NCBI RefSeq assembly: GCF_018977255.1
Contig: NW_024704742.1
Span: forward strand, 121,212,001 to 121,276,000
DNA length: 64,000 nt
Reading direction: 5' to 3'
Origin: Callorhinchus milii
Lineage: Eukaryota
A model generated the notes under the pieces. The model was not told the origin of the DNA. It did no database searches and was given only the letters and a program-made list of their open reading frames with translations. The position numbers were made by a program, and so were the translations under genes. Numbering within the stretch: position 1 is the first letter of the stretch; each line of letters begins with the position of its first letter. Below, in pieces: positions 38,055 through 50,802 of this stretch.

Positions 38055-40899
38055 TCATACAAACCAATCTTGTGACAAATATAATTTTCTTATTTAATTC
38101 CTTACCTTGTTGTCTTCTCACATGTGACCAATATAGCCTAGTCTAACCCTAATATGTCAGTACAAATGGATGGGTATTCAAAAAGAGAGAGGAGCTGGCA
38201 CTGTCTATTTGATCCCAGAGGAATCATAAGTCCCAAATGCTGAATCAGGCACAGGACTGGCAAAAGCACCTGACATTGTGGCTCTTTCTACCCTGCTGTG
38301 CTGTTGGAGCTACAGTGAAAAGTATAAATGATAAAAAAAAGTATTGATTTTCTTTGCAATGGGATTATTTCACCTGAAAATACAATCACTACACTTTACA
38401 GAAATTCCAGTGAAGGCATTTGAGACGTCGCAACGACTTGGTAAGGTGCTAAATCAACAATAACATGCATTTATAGAGCAACCTTCATGTAGGGTAGTGT
38501 CTCGGAGCACCACAAGTGCAAGGATTATTATTGTTATTTATAGTTCCTAACACCTTTAGGATAAAAGGTGACCTTCTAAAGTAAAATTATATTTCGAACA
38601 TTGAATACTTCACGGGATAATCGCAGAATTGCCCACCAAAACTGTATATTTCATCAAAAAAATGAAAACCTAACAAACCTGCTTATTTACCTTATTGAGG
38701 AGAGTGGACCCTCAAAGGTTGGTTCTTTCATCCTTTATTTTCTGTCAGGATGAAGCGTGTGGTAATGAGCCTATGGTGTCTGCCTCTGTATGACTCATAT
38801 CGCTGGGTCATTGGGTCATACAGTAAGGAGGTAGTAAATCACAAATGTAGCTCCCCACTCTATTCTAACTTGATGATAAGGGAGCCTGGCCTGGGGATAA
38901 ACATGCTCCATTCATTTTTCAAAATGTATTGTTTTTATTTTGAATAGCTTATACTTACAATAATAAAATTATAGGAATTTCAGCACAACTTGCAATAATA
39001 GAATCATAGGAATTTCAGCACAGGAGGAAGCCATTCAAACCATCATGTCTGGTTGTCTGACCAGCTCAACGCTGGAGTATTTATTCCAATCTCATGTCCT
39101 TATAAAATCAGCATTACACTACTGATGGTGGAATTTGTAATAACTGGAGAGCTCCTTTCACACAAAACAATCTTTTTTTATTTACATTTGCAAAAGTCTT
39201 GGCATAATACTGAAAGGGTATTTAGGATGAGAATTGGTAAGAATCACTTCATTTGTCCTAATTCCTTTGGCCAGAGCACTAGGTTATCAGCAGGACTGAT
39301 TATAACACATGAGTTTATCCTCCAGGGTCTTTCTGGTATTCATTCCTATTCTACACTTCACAGCACCCATTCATCAAATTACCGGTCAATGCCAGTGTAC
39401 CGTAGTGTGCACATATTATTTTCTCAATAAAAAAAGGAAAAAGGCTTCTGAATATTTACCGGAATGCATCAGAATTTCACACAATAAAAATTTCTGTGTG
39501 TCTTACATCAAAATCCTTGATAAATTACTATAGAATGAAAAAAGCCTGGTATCTCAGAAAGCTGCTTGTATGACGAACTGCACACAGGACTTGGACTGAA
39601 CCACCTTTCAATATGCAGGAGAAGTGAAATGCTGCATAATGTAAAATGATGGCACTATTAATCCAATAGCAATGGTAATATCCAGCCCCTCTACTAAAGC
39701 CATGTCTCTGACTTTAAACTTCATCAATATGCAGAGTGGGTGTCAGTATGATAGGTGGTGGCTTGGTTGGATGCACTTTCTACATTTCTAGCAAATGAGT
39801 ATAATTATTTTCAGAGCTGCAGGCAACTCATGCATGTTTTATCTTCCATCTGGACCTGCATCATATACAATGGTGATAAAAACTGATTTCCCCCTACCAC
39901 CACCTCCTCCCTGCTCCTAGAGCCCCTGAAAAAAATTATTATTCTACGATATTCCTGCACAATCAGGTCCTAGAATTAAAACTATGAAACGGTAACAAAA
40001 ATGTAAATAATTAAAATATAATTTGCACTCATTTTAGAAGGGCTGTTGCAATATTTGGTCTAGCTGCGTTTTGATAAATTGTGTCAAATGAGCCCTGAAG
40101 CTTTCTCGGAAAGCGATTGTAACCAGCAAAATGAAAACACCACTGTTTATTCCTGCTGCAGTTTTATCCCCAAATCTGTAGGACTTCAACTGATTTTCCC
40201 ACCTGATCTCACTTTGGAAACATATATAATAACAAAACGCGCAGGCATTGTGTGTCTTTTGCTCTGGATTCTTCGTAAGCATTTCTTCATAAGAATACTT
40301 CAATTCCCGGCCCCTTGCATCCCCCGACAGTACATTATATACAATGACTAGTCAGAAAGGATTGTAGAGGCTCTATATAAATTCTGTGCAAGGAATTGGT
40401 CGCTGCAGGAGAGAGAACCTGTTTAGATATTCACAATCAGTGTGCATGGCATTCCATCACAATATTCCTGGCTGCCGAGCCACACATGCACACATGAACA
40501 CAGTATGCTGCTGCTATAGTGGTGATGTGTTTGTGTGAAGAGGGGTGTGGGGGGGGAAGGCGAGAGACTTCTACCAGACATCACACATCTTATCAGCAGT
40601 TGTATTAAGGTGTCCATGGAAACTGTATAATAGATTTGCCCTAATTCAGTCCCAGAGGCTGCAATGATGCACAATGCAAACATTGTAGGAGCTCGAATTC
40701 TTTTTAAGTCATTGCTCACATGTCAATGTGCAGACAGCAGCAAACATGCATATGGATGGAACCTGTACTCCGTCACCTTTCTCTGCAGCTCTGTGCTTTT
40801 AAATGATGTATCTTAGTTAGAATCCTTCTAATCTGATATCAGCCTGTATTTTTCTGGAATTAATAAGGTGTTTTTTTAAGGTGACAGCAAGGGATTTAT

Positions 40900-40933
40900 G
40901 GGGGGAGGGAGGGAGGGAGAAGGGTTGGGTGGG
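40900..40933 (+). other. Putative G-quadruplex motif
   Basis: ggggggagggagggagggagaagggttgggtggg: seven tracts of 3 or more G with short loops. Confidence 0.6.
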
Positions 40934-42199
40934 ACTGAGTCTGGCAGTTAATGAATATCCATTGAAATTGAATATCTGCAGACAAAGGCATGTGTTGCAT
41001 CTGATTATTCAATTCTGCCAAATACTGTATGTGCTTGTTACTACATTCATTTAGGTTATAATGGAGGGAATTCTGAACATTTTGTATGCAGTCGCTTCAC
41101 AATGATAAGAATTTCATTTTCTGGAGGAATTCATTGGGGTTTCACTCAATTGTAACCTATGTGAGCAAGGTGCACATTGTTCAGGAATCCTGCAGGCTGT
41201 ACAGCTTCATTCTTTTTTCCATTCTTACTGTGTTAGGCTAGGTGGCTGTTAATAAGGGATTAGTTCCACACAATCTTGCCCTTCATTTCAGGCTTGTAAC
41301 AGCAACACTTATTCAGTATGCCCAACGTTAGTTATAAAAGCCTCAATAAACAGGAAAACATCCCAAATTATGGAAGGCGCCTGACTTATTGTCTTGGTTG
41401 AGAAATAAATATTGTGTACACCCAACACCCCCCCCACCCCATTTTACTCACTCTGAGGCAAAATTAAAACTGTTCAGAACCTGTGCATTTACTATTTTAG
41501 TAATTGCAAGGATATTTTGTAAACTCTTAAGATGCTTAAGATTTTGTAAATGTAGATTGCTAGTAGATTTAGTTGGATATTTTGAAATAGGTGGATGAGA
41601 TTCTCCCTCCTCTAACCAAGGTTTAGACAAAGCTCCGGGATATTCAATGGGCTAATCAGGTGAGTAGTTACATGGGTTAGAGATGGGTGATTTCTGTGTA
41701 GGTGCTAATTAGGTGAATAATGATGATTGCTTTCTTATGTCTAGAGAAAGGTAGTTATTGCAAAGTATGTTAATGTGCTAGCTGGAACCTTACAGTAGGC
41801 TTGCATTAACCCTTTCAGGTTCAGAACTTACATTTCTGCTGGGAAATCCAAAATATAATAAGATTGCAGTTTTTGCCTACGCAGCCAAGAAAAAAAAAGA
41901 AAGGGTGCAGAACTTAGAAAAGGCTTGAAAGGTAGATAATAGCCTTGGAAGATCAGTGCAGAGGAGATGGGTCTCTAGAAAGGGAATTAAAATTAATTAA
42001 AACTCAAGGGGAATTGAAAACCCTCATAATCTCCAATGCTGAATCCCTGCTTTGTTTCTTAAAGGCTCATTTTCATGAGCATGGGAATAAATTGGGTCAT
42101 ATGTTGATGTATGCCCTAAGCCAGTAGTGACAAGTCCGCAATATTCAGTTACAGGATGGTTTGCTAATAGTGCAGTTTTATTATTTATTGTTTTCAAGC

Positions 42200-42358
42200 A
42201 TGCTGCGGGTACTTTCCCCCTTCCCGTCTTGAGTCCTGTCCTCCCCCCACCCCATTTCTCCCACCTCCACGCTCAAACTACCAGTAAGATATGTGAAGGC
42301 TTTTGAGGCATCCTTCAATGTGAAAGGCACAATATAAACGTAAATTGTTGTTATTGTT
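42200..42358 (+). mobile_element. L2 3' terminal fragment
   Basis: gtgaaaggcacaatataaacgtaaattgttgtt tail. Confidence 0.65.
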
Positions 42359-42894
42359 TTCCAAGAAGCGATTAACATTAACATTATTTAGGAAACCTAT
42401 CTGTATTCTATCTGACTGAGACTGAAAGGAAAACCTGGATATGTTCATATTCGTTCAGAGATTTCTTTTACTCTGTCTCAGTATGTGAGCGATGCTGGCA
42501 TTTTGCTGGCATTTACTACCCAACCTTAGTTGCTCTGAGAGGGTGATGGGCCTTCTTTTTAAATCAAACCATTGTTATGATTATACAAGGTACACCGTCT
42601 ATAATTATTCCTTCGTGAATAAAGGATTTAGGGCGCATTCTTTGATTGTGCGTATTTTCACTCAACCATGTTCCTCAGCCACATGCTCCTATCTCAAACT
42701 CTCTTTGAACATTTTCTTTGTTTAATAATCCTTGCATTTGACATTGCACCTTATCATGTCGTGATACCTCGTGTGAAGGGTGCTATATAAATGCAAATTG
42801 TTTTCTTGTCATCGAGACATCTCAGGATTTACTGTGAATTAGAAGAAAATAATAATCCTTGCATTTGCAGTGACTGTATTTTTCAGGTGAATAC

Positions 42895-43302
42895 ATAATA
42901 ATAATCCTTGCATTTGATATAGCGCTTTTCATGTCTTCTGGATGTCTCAAAGCACTTCACAGAATATATTGTAAAGTGAATAAAGTGTATTTTTGTGGGC
43001 AAAACTCGGCAGCCAATTCACACACAACAATGTCCCACAAATAGCCATGAAGTGAATGACCAGTTTTATCTGAAATATTGTTGGCCAGGACACCGGAAGA
43101 AGCTTCCTTTTTTTTCAAACAATGTCATTGTATTTTTAACTCCCACCTGAACAGGCAAATGGGATCATGTCTCATCAGAAGGACAATAGCTCCGATACCC
43201 AGATGACTGCATTGGAGTGTCAGCCTGGACTATGCATCCAAAGTCCTGAAATGGAGGTTGAATCACAAATGTGACTCAGAGGTAAGAGTCCTAGCAACAA
43301 AG
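42895..43302 (-). mobile_element. Full-length Deu-domain SINE
   Basis: Tail, ttggccaggacacc, ccacctgaacaggc and tRNA head gactcagaggtaagag. Confidence 0.85.
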
Positions 43303-43385
43303 TCAGCAAGCAAAAACACAGAGTGATTCTACCATGAAACATGGAAAAGACCTGTAATAATAATAAGTATAGATCTTACTGCCTC

Positions 43386-43776
43386 TGTGTCAGCCTAGCT
43401 CAGTGGTAGCACTCTCGCCTCTGAGTCAGAAGGTTGTGGGTTCAAGCCCCATGTCAGGATTTGAAATCACATAGTCTAAGCTGACACTCCATAACAATGC
43501 CTGGGGGAGGCTGCTGAATTGTCAGGTGCCGTCCTTCAGATGAGATGTTAAACTGAGGTCCTGTTTTGTCTGCCTGTTCAAAACATTAAAAATCTCATGG
43601 CACTATTTGAAAAGAAAAGGGAGTTTCTCCTGGTGTCCTGACCAACAAATCCTGCTGGTATTTGCCCACAAAATATATTTTACAATATATCTTGTGAAGA
43701 GCTTTGAGTCATCTCGATAATGTGATAACGCCTATATCAAATGCAAGGATTATTATCATTATTATTGTTATTATTA
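43386..43776 (+). mobile_element. Full-length Deu-domain SINE
   Basis: tagctcagtggtagc A box, gggttcaagcc B box, Deu core, tail. Confidence 0.88.
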
Positions 43777-43844
43777 CAGGCTTTCCAATAAAGTATTAGC
43801 TAATGTTCCAGTTTGTTATTGGGCCTATTTTCTTTCTTTTTTCC

Positions 43845-44405
43845 CTTGCCTTCTACTAAGCATCGCCATCTCTTGCTCAGTTACCATAGGCATCAAGAAT
43901 CTTGAGGTACCTGACTGATATATGGTCAGTCTTCAACTGTGAGCCTGTACAACAACAACAACTTGCAGTTATATAGCACACTTCACGCTGTTTAGCGTCC
44001 CGGAGTTCTTGACGGGGAGAGGGGGGAGTGTTAGGTGACCGTAAGCATGATCAAAAAGGAAGGTCTTTAGGGATTTCAAAGTGGGGAGGGAGGGGGCAAG
44101 GCGGAGGGTTTGAGGGAGAGAGTTCCAGAGATATTTGACCTTAAGAGCATCATGGCCAAATGTGTTCTGTTTTCACCTAACACTCATCCATTTAACCAGG
44201 AATCACTGGGCAGGATTAGGCGCAGGAACACTGGCTAATTTTTCTCTGTCGTAGCCCCGGATCACTGGTGGTATTTTAGTACCCCAAACTGATGCTCCAA
44301 CCCAGATCAGCTAACTCAAGAAAGAGCTATAATTGAACATGCAATTGTCTGCTTGTGTCCTGGCTTTGTGCTGCATCAGGCTATGCATTTACCTTCTAGG
44401 CCATT
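43845..44405 (-). mobile_element. AmnSINE2-like SINE interrupted by an L2 3' end (43950-44130, minus)
   Basis: SINE body continues on both sides of the L2 block; ends ...atgcatttacc...ggccatt. Confidence 0.62.
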
Positions 44406-44784
44406 GGGGGGAAGCCTTGCACTTGACAACTTGAACAGAGATGATAAAGATATTTTAGCTGGGAAATTAAGGGATACCCCACTGATGCTTCTTCATGAAA
44501 TTGTCTTGATTCACTTGTACTTTGTAAAGCTTATATTAGTTAAATCACCTGGGTTTGTGCATTGCCGTATGGCCCTGATGTAAATGCATATTGCAATTTA
44601 CTAAATGCTGCTATTTTTACATTTCCACATTATTGGTAGTATTTCCCTGTCAGTGCAAATTTTACAGCACATACATTACCAACTTTCTGTATTTGTTCTG
44701 TTGTTCTGCATGGCTTTTATCTGTTGTTTTAGTGCTTTTGTCTTATCTTTTATCTTTTTGTGTTATCTTAGGCTCTGAATCTGG

Positions 44785-45505
44785 TGCTATGCTGTGGGTA
44801 CACTCTATTATCAGAGGTGCTATTATTCAGATGAGGCATTAAATCAAGGTTCTGTCTGCCTGTTCTGGTGGATGTAAGATGGCGTGGCAAGTTTTGAAAC
44901 GAGAAGTGAGTTCCTCCTGGTGTCTTGACCAACAATCTCTCATATATAACTAGCCATTCATTTAATGGCAGTATGTGGGTCGTTGCTGTCCTCACCCTTG
45001 TATTCAAGTCCCTGCACTCCTCTGCACCCCCTTACCTCTCTGACCTCCTCTTTCCTCAAAACAGTACCCGCTGCCTCTGTTCCTCCAGGTCTGGCCTCCT
45101 CCTCGTCTCCCGAGTCCTCCGCTCCACCCTCGGCGGCTGTGCCTTCAGCCACTATACCCTGAGGCTCTGGAATTGCCTTCCTCACTCCCTTCATCTCGCT
45201 CCCTCTCTTCCCATTTTCAGGTCTCTGCTGAAGACCTTTCTTTTCGACCGCGCCTTTGGTCACCTTCCTCCCCCTCCCCCTGGCTCAGTCCCGGGATCCT
45301 AAACTGTAAAGTGCTCTGAGACCCCATCCGGCGTGGAGGGCGCTATATAAATCCAAGTTGTTGTTGTTGTGTTGTTGCTGTGCACAAATAGGCTGCCACA
45401 TTTACCTACAAAATGCACAGTCACTACACAACAGCAAATCCTATGATTTGAAATGTCCGAAAGATATGATAAAGTGCTCCATCAAATGCAAGGATTAGTA
45501 TTATT
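44785..45505 (+). mobile_element. Deu-domain SINE interrupted by a young L2 (subfamily B)
   Basis: Deu core 44785-44989 resumes at 45374 (gttgctgtgcacaaa). Confidence 0.8.
44990..45373 (+). mobile_element. L2 LINE 3' end (subfamily B)
   Basis: LTLVFKSLHSSAPPYLSDLL...RSTLGGCAFSHY; tail ggagggcgctatataaatccaagttg. Confidence 0.93.
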
Positions 45506-46244
45506 AAAAGATCAAAAAGCCGTTCTCCTGTGAACCAGCAACTGAAAGTCCTGATCTATGATCCTGATGTCCAATGCATGGCTTCATGGATGTCACCATT
45601 ATGAAGCTTTGGAGGGGAGGGAGAAAGTAGTCTTTGGCGCATGCATTTCATGTGCTATTTATCGAATATGCTCTCATTGTTGACTCTGAATCACATAATT
45701 TCTTCTTTGCTTGTTGGGGAATTCACCTTAATCCTAATGTGCCCCCACCATCATATTAATCAGGACGTGCTGAAATTTGACTTTTTTCACAGAATATACT
45801 TTACAATATTTTCTGTAAAGTGCTTTGAGACGTCTCAACAACATGATCAAGTGCTATATCAAATGCAAGGATTATTATTTTTATTTTGCAAATCAGTGTT
45901 CAGCCATTCTCTTTGAATTCTGTGCTCCGCAGCTGTGTTCCTGCACTTCCTGAATATTATTGAACTCAAGTGTCTCATTAGCCGCTTCAAAAACGTGACA
46001 TATTCATTATTGCAGGTGTACATAAGCATTGACTAGGCCCTTTTCATTAACAGGGACTGTAAAAATGGATTCCTCACTAACAGTATTTAGGAAAACTCAT
46101 TCAATTTGTCAGCATTTGATAAAAAGCTTATTTAAATGAGCTTTTTCCCCTAAAAAGAAGACTGATATTAACAAAGAACCTTAGCTGTGTATCTCAACAG
46201 CGTTATGATGTAAGAATTGTCCCTTTTCTTCCAAAACCATCTTT

Positions 46245-46635
46245 TGATTTCAAGATCCTCACTCTTGTCTTCAAATCCCTCCACTCCTATACAACCCCCT
46301 ACCTCTCTGACCTCCTCTCTCCTGACAATAGTGCCCATTGCCTTCGCTCCACTGGGTCTGGCCTCCTACTTGTCCCCGAATCCTCCGCTCCACCATTGGC
46401 GGACATGCCTTCAGCCACTATGCCCCGAGGCTCTGGAACTCCCTTCCTCACTCCCTTCGCCTCATCCCCTCTCTTCCTACTTTCAGGTCTCGGCTAAAGA
46501 CCTTTGTTTTCGACCGCACCTTTGGTCACCTTCCTCCCCCTCCCCCTGGCTCAGCCCCGGGATCCGTTATTGTGAAGCGCTCTGAGATGCCGTCCGATGT
46601 GGAGGGCTCCATATAAATCCAAGTTGTTGTTGTTA
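46245..46635 (+). mobile_element. L2 LINE 3' end (subfamily B)
   Basis: RSTIGGHAFSHYAPRLWNSLP...FRSRLKTF; same tail as 44990. Confidence 0.93.
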
Positions 46636-47744
46636 TCATTGCATTTCTCATTAGAAGCATAGAGGAAATCAGTCTGAAAATGATTTGTCTGTATTGTACG
46701 GTTTTTCGGTACTCAAAGGGTTTGGGCTAATGTGAGCAGAAAGATTGCTACATGTTCACTGTGTTGTAGTAAGTTAAGCATGTTCACATTTTGTAACATT
46801 TTTAAAATTGCTTTACTCCCACCCATCCCACCCACTGATTCCCAGCTGGAGAGGAGATCACTGCCAATAGGATTCTTGAACTGGCCATTAACAGGTGTAC
46901 CAGACTGACTTGACATTGAATTCCCTGTTTCTGGTGAAACAACCCAACTCTGCTTGACAGCTCCCCTGCTGTCTTAGCTGAAGCCATAAGCACACAACAG
47001 CAGAGTGTGAAATCGAGGGAAAGTCTTACCTTAATGTCTTACTGAGCTAAAGTACAGCATATTGATGCTCCAATGCTCTGTGCCAGTGTGGCACAATGTT
47101 ACATAAGGTTTTCATTAGAAGCTACTTTCTAAGGCAATTTATGTCAAGCTATGCACCTTTGCACTTGATAAACAATAAGAAAAACAAAAATGCTATCTCA
47201 TGTGTGGTAAATCATGCCAGTATTGGATGCTGTGCCTATATTGTTTCATAGTTTAGTATTTAACTAGAAAGGTGCAGCTTATGAAGGCCAAGGTTTGTGG
47301 TTCAACCACGAGTTTATGCCTTTATAGTTTCCCCTCCCCCGATGTCATTTTTGTCGAACAAACATAAATTGTAGTGTGTTTCACACAAACTAAATTATCT
47401 CTGTGTCTCTAACTCTCCAATACCCTGCAGTCATTATAGTTAAATAAAACCATGATTTTAAACTGCTTCCATGATTTGGCCATATGCCAAAATTCACAAA
47501 TTCTCTGCTCTACTCTTTTCACGCAATTTATGAAAGAATTTGGCTTGTCTTAGTCACATAATGCATTTTTCAGGCTGGCAGAGGTATGTGATTTTTGGCA
47601 CACTGTCAAACATGCTAAGTAGTTTTAAATTGCTTTATTTGTAAATTGAATAATTATGACACATTGCCGCTGTTATATTTTCAAAAAAAAATTACTGTAT
47701 TTATTACGAAAAAGAGCCTACTTTTCTATCATTGACATCGGCTT

Positions 47745-48118
47745 GTTGGCTTGGTTGATAGTTTTCTGATTTCCATATAAGAAGGTGGTGGGCTCAAACC
47801 GCACATTGGGACTTTGGTCTAAGCTGACACTCTAATCAGGGAGCTCTGCAGTGTCGGAGATATTGTTCTTTTGAATGGGAAGTTAAATCTGTTTGGGCAT
47901 ATGTTAAAGATCCCATGATACTATTCAAAAAGAGAAGGGAGTTTCTTTCAGTATCCTGGCCAAATCTCTTCCAGATAAATTGTTCAATTAACTTAATGCC
48001 TAAAATAGCTGCAGAGTTTGCCTACAAATACACAGTCACTACACTTTGCACTGGTTACTTCTGAAGAGCTTTGAAGTTCTGATGGTGTAGGCACCAAATC
48101 AAATGCAAGGATTATTAA
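47745..48118 (+). mobile_element. Old Deu-domain SINE
   Basis: aaagatcccatgatactattcaaaaagag core; atgcaaggattatt tail. Confidence 0.8.
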
Positions 48119-48499
48119 TTTATTGAACTTTATTTTCACCTCTCATGAAAGTAGTGACTTGTACTGGGGTTTGGTTCCAGCTGGTGCCTTTCCATAACTC
48201 CAACAGGTTTATATGTGAACCTGGACAATGAGTGACTGTGGACAATTTGACCCTGGCGGTCACTACAACCAAGTCCAATCCTGAGCTCATCCAACATCCA
48301 TCAAAATATCATGACACACATAATTAATAAATAATCCTTGCATTTGATACAGTGCCTTATCACCTTGCCCTGTTGTTGAGGCGTCTCAAAGCGCTTCATA
48401 AAATATACTGCGAAGCAAATTGACCGTATATTTTGTGGGTGAAATGCGGCAGTGAATTGAATTTGGAGTAAACAACAAGTTGTCCTTCATGCAGGATAG

Positions 48500-49190
48500 C
48501 ATCTTGTGGTGGTTAACAATGCTGGAGCTTGACGTCAAGGCTAATAGCATTCAAGCAATACAAACTGGACAGTCATAGATTAAATTCCTGGTCTGCACTG
48601 ACTAAGCTGATCTCAACTGAGATGGATGTTGTTACATTTGACCATAGTCCCTTTCTCCAAGGAAGGGAAAGATCACAGTTCAGTGATATATGCTGGAAAA
48701 TGCGTTTGTGGAAGGGTGAAGACAGGAATGCCCCTACCTTGCACTAACCAATATTCCATTAGTGCTCACTGTCTATTCTACCTCTGCGACCTGCTAACCC
48801 ATATCAACCTGTCCACTCCCTCCACTCAGGAGGCTGTGGTCTGCTCCACGTCCCCTGCCCGGCCCGCCCCACCATCGGTAGCCTTTCTTCCCCCATCCTT
48901 TGGAAATCCATCCCACATTCTCTTCGCCTTGCTCCCCCCTTCCCTCCTTTTCGACTCCCTCCCTGCCCTCCACCTTCCCCAATCCCGACCCCCAGCTTGA
49001 ATCCAAATCCCTGACTGTCTAGCGACTTGAGACGTCCTCCCGATGTGAAAGGCGCTATACAAATGTAATTGTGTATTGTATCTAGGCTCTGACAAACAAA
49101 ATAGCCAATTGGGCTAGGACCAGAGGGCTGCATTCCATACTCCATAATGAGTCAGCACCATTGGAAGAGAAGAAAGGGAAAAAAAGAGAA
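48500..49190 (+). mobile_element. AmnSINE2-like pieces (48500-48730, 49095-49190) around an L2 3' end (48770-49080)
   Basis: ctggtctgcactgactaagctgatctcaactg head region; atgagtcagcacc...agagaag 3' region; L2 tail at 49020-49075. Confidence 0.55.
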
Positions 49191-49394
49191 AAATTACAAT
49201 AAATAATGAAATAACCAAGAGAAACATAGGCAACTTAGAGCAAATGAAACTGGAGAACTGGAGAAAGCTCAATGAGGAAAAAATGGTCACCACAGAATAA
49301 TGTTCCATGTTTATTTCAACAGCTAGAAGAATCCAATATTTCAGTAAGATTCACAAAGTTTTTTCATTCCAGTGGATATTTAATCCCCAGAAAA

Positions 49395-49788
49395 CAACAA
49401 TAAGAAGATTACATTTATATAGCACCTTTCACGTTGGGAGGATGTCCCAAGGCGCTGGACAGAGTACAGCATTTCAGACCCGAGCTGGGGTCAGAGAGAA
49501 AGAAGGGAGAACGGAGGGGAGGGGAAGGAGGGTGACCGATGGCATGGTCAAAGAGGAGGGTTTTGAGGCGGGACTTGAAGGAGACTAAGGAGAGGGCGAG
49601 GCGGAGTGATTGGGGGATGGAATTCCAGAGGTTGGGGCAGAGTGGCTGAAGGCTCTCCTGCCAATGGTGGGGCGGGTGGGGCGGGGGACGTGGAGCAGGC
49701 CGGAGACAGGTGAGCGGAGGGAGCAGGTGGGTTGGAAGGAGGTTAGGAGGTCGCAGAGGTAGGGTGGGGTGAGGCCATGGAGGGCTTT
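49395..49788 (-). mobile_element. L2 LINE 3' end (subfamily A)
   Basis: Tail cctttcacgttgggaggatgtcccaaggcgct; RT C-terminal codons. Confidence 0.9.
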
Positions 49789-49882
49789 TTAGGTACTGTT
49801 GAAAACAGTACTGTTGTTAGAGCTAGTAAACTTTCAAGGGAAGCTCACTTCACTTTTACCATGAAAATCTGAAGATAATTCT

Positions 49883-50255
49883 GATGTCCTGCAGTGTATT
49901 GGTTACAGGACTCGTCTCGCAAGCGAGAGGACATAGGTTTGATTCCCAAGCAGGGTGAAACATTAGACAAGTTGCTTTATTCCACATGCTTCTGTTTACC
50001 TAGCAGTAAATTGGAACCTGCTTGTTAGTCGATTGGCAGATTGCTTTTCCGATGGTAATAATCCTTCAAAAAANTTTTAATCACTCAATCCACGACTGTT
50101 TGGGGGGACACTGCTGTACCCATTTGACTGCTGCATTTCACCCACAAAATATACAGTCAAATCACTTTGCAGTATATTCTGTGAAGCGCTTTGAGACATC
50201 TCGAAGATGTGATAAGGCGCTATATCAAACGCAAAGAAAAAAATGCAAGGAATTA
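49883..50255 (+). mobile_element. Young SINE, long variant (contains an N at 50074)
   Basis: B box ggtttgattcc, CORE-like gtttacctagcagtaaa, Deu 3' part, tail. Confidence 0.88.
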
Positions 50256-50802
50256 CTTTTTTTCTGCAATTATATAAACGTGTTGCTCTAAGCTTTGAGA
50301 ATCTCTCTGGAAAAATGCAGCCACAGATCACATTTGGAACCAGATCCATACTGACTGAGTTGGGCTCTGTCCTCCAGAACTATTTTTGTCTATTAGGCAA
50401 AGTCTGCAGAACACTGGAGCCTTCTTGCTTCTCACATCAAGTTTGCCAGGCAAAAAAAAAGTGACAAGAGGCAGGAATTCACAATATGAGAACTAATGCA
50501 ACTGCCAACACAACAGGAGGGAGAATTCTTCAGGAAGCACTCACTAAGCACTGCACTGCACTGCATTGAGAGAGCTATGTAATGTAATTAGGCGCACTTT
50601 CTGCAGAGATGTTTTCACAGCAAAAGGCGAACGGACTTGTACATGTTGGCAAACAAAGCACGTCACTAACTATGGAAATACAAGTTGCTGCTGGCCTGGT
50701 GCCGCAGTGCACAAGTTCATTGCACTGTGGAACAGTCACATGAGGGTTCCTGATCCTATCTGAGCTATTCAAGAAATTTAACACACTGAAATGAAGGGAA
50801 GG

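Noticed and set aside
38749..38822. Possible exon after the strong acceptor tttattttctgtcag
   Set aside because: Weak donor context, a stop in the phase-0 frame and an unrecognised peptide.
50702..50730. 10-bp hairpin ccgcagtgca/tgcactgtgg as a miRNA candidate
   Set aside because: Stem far too short for a pre-miRNA; no mature sequence recognised.
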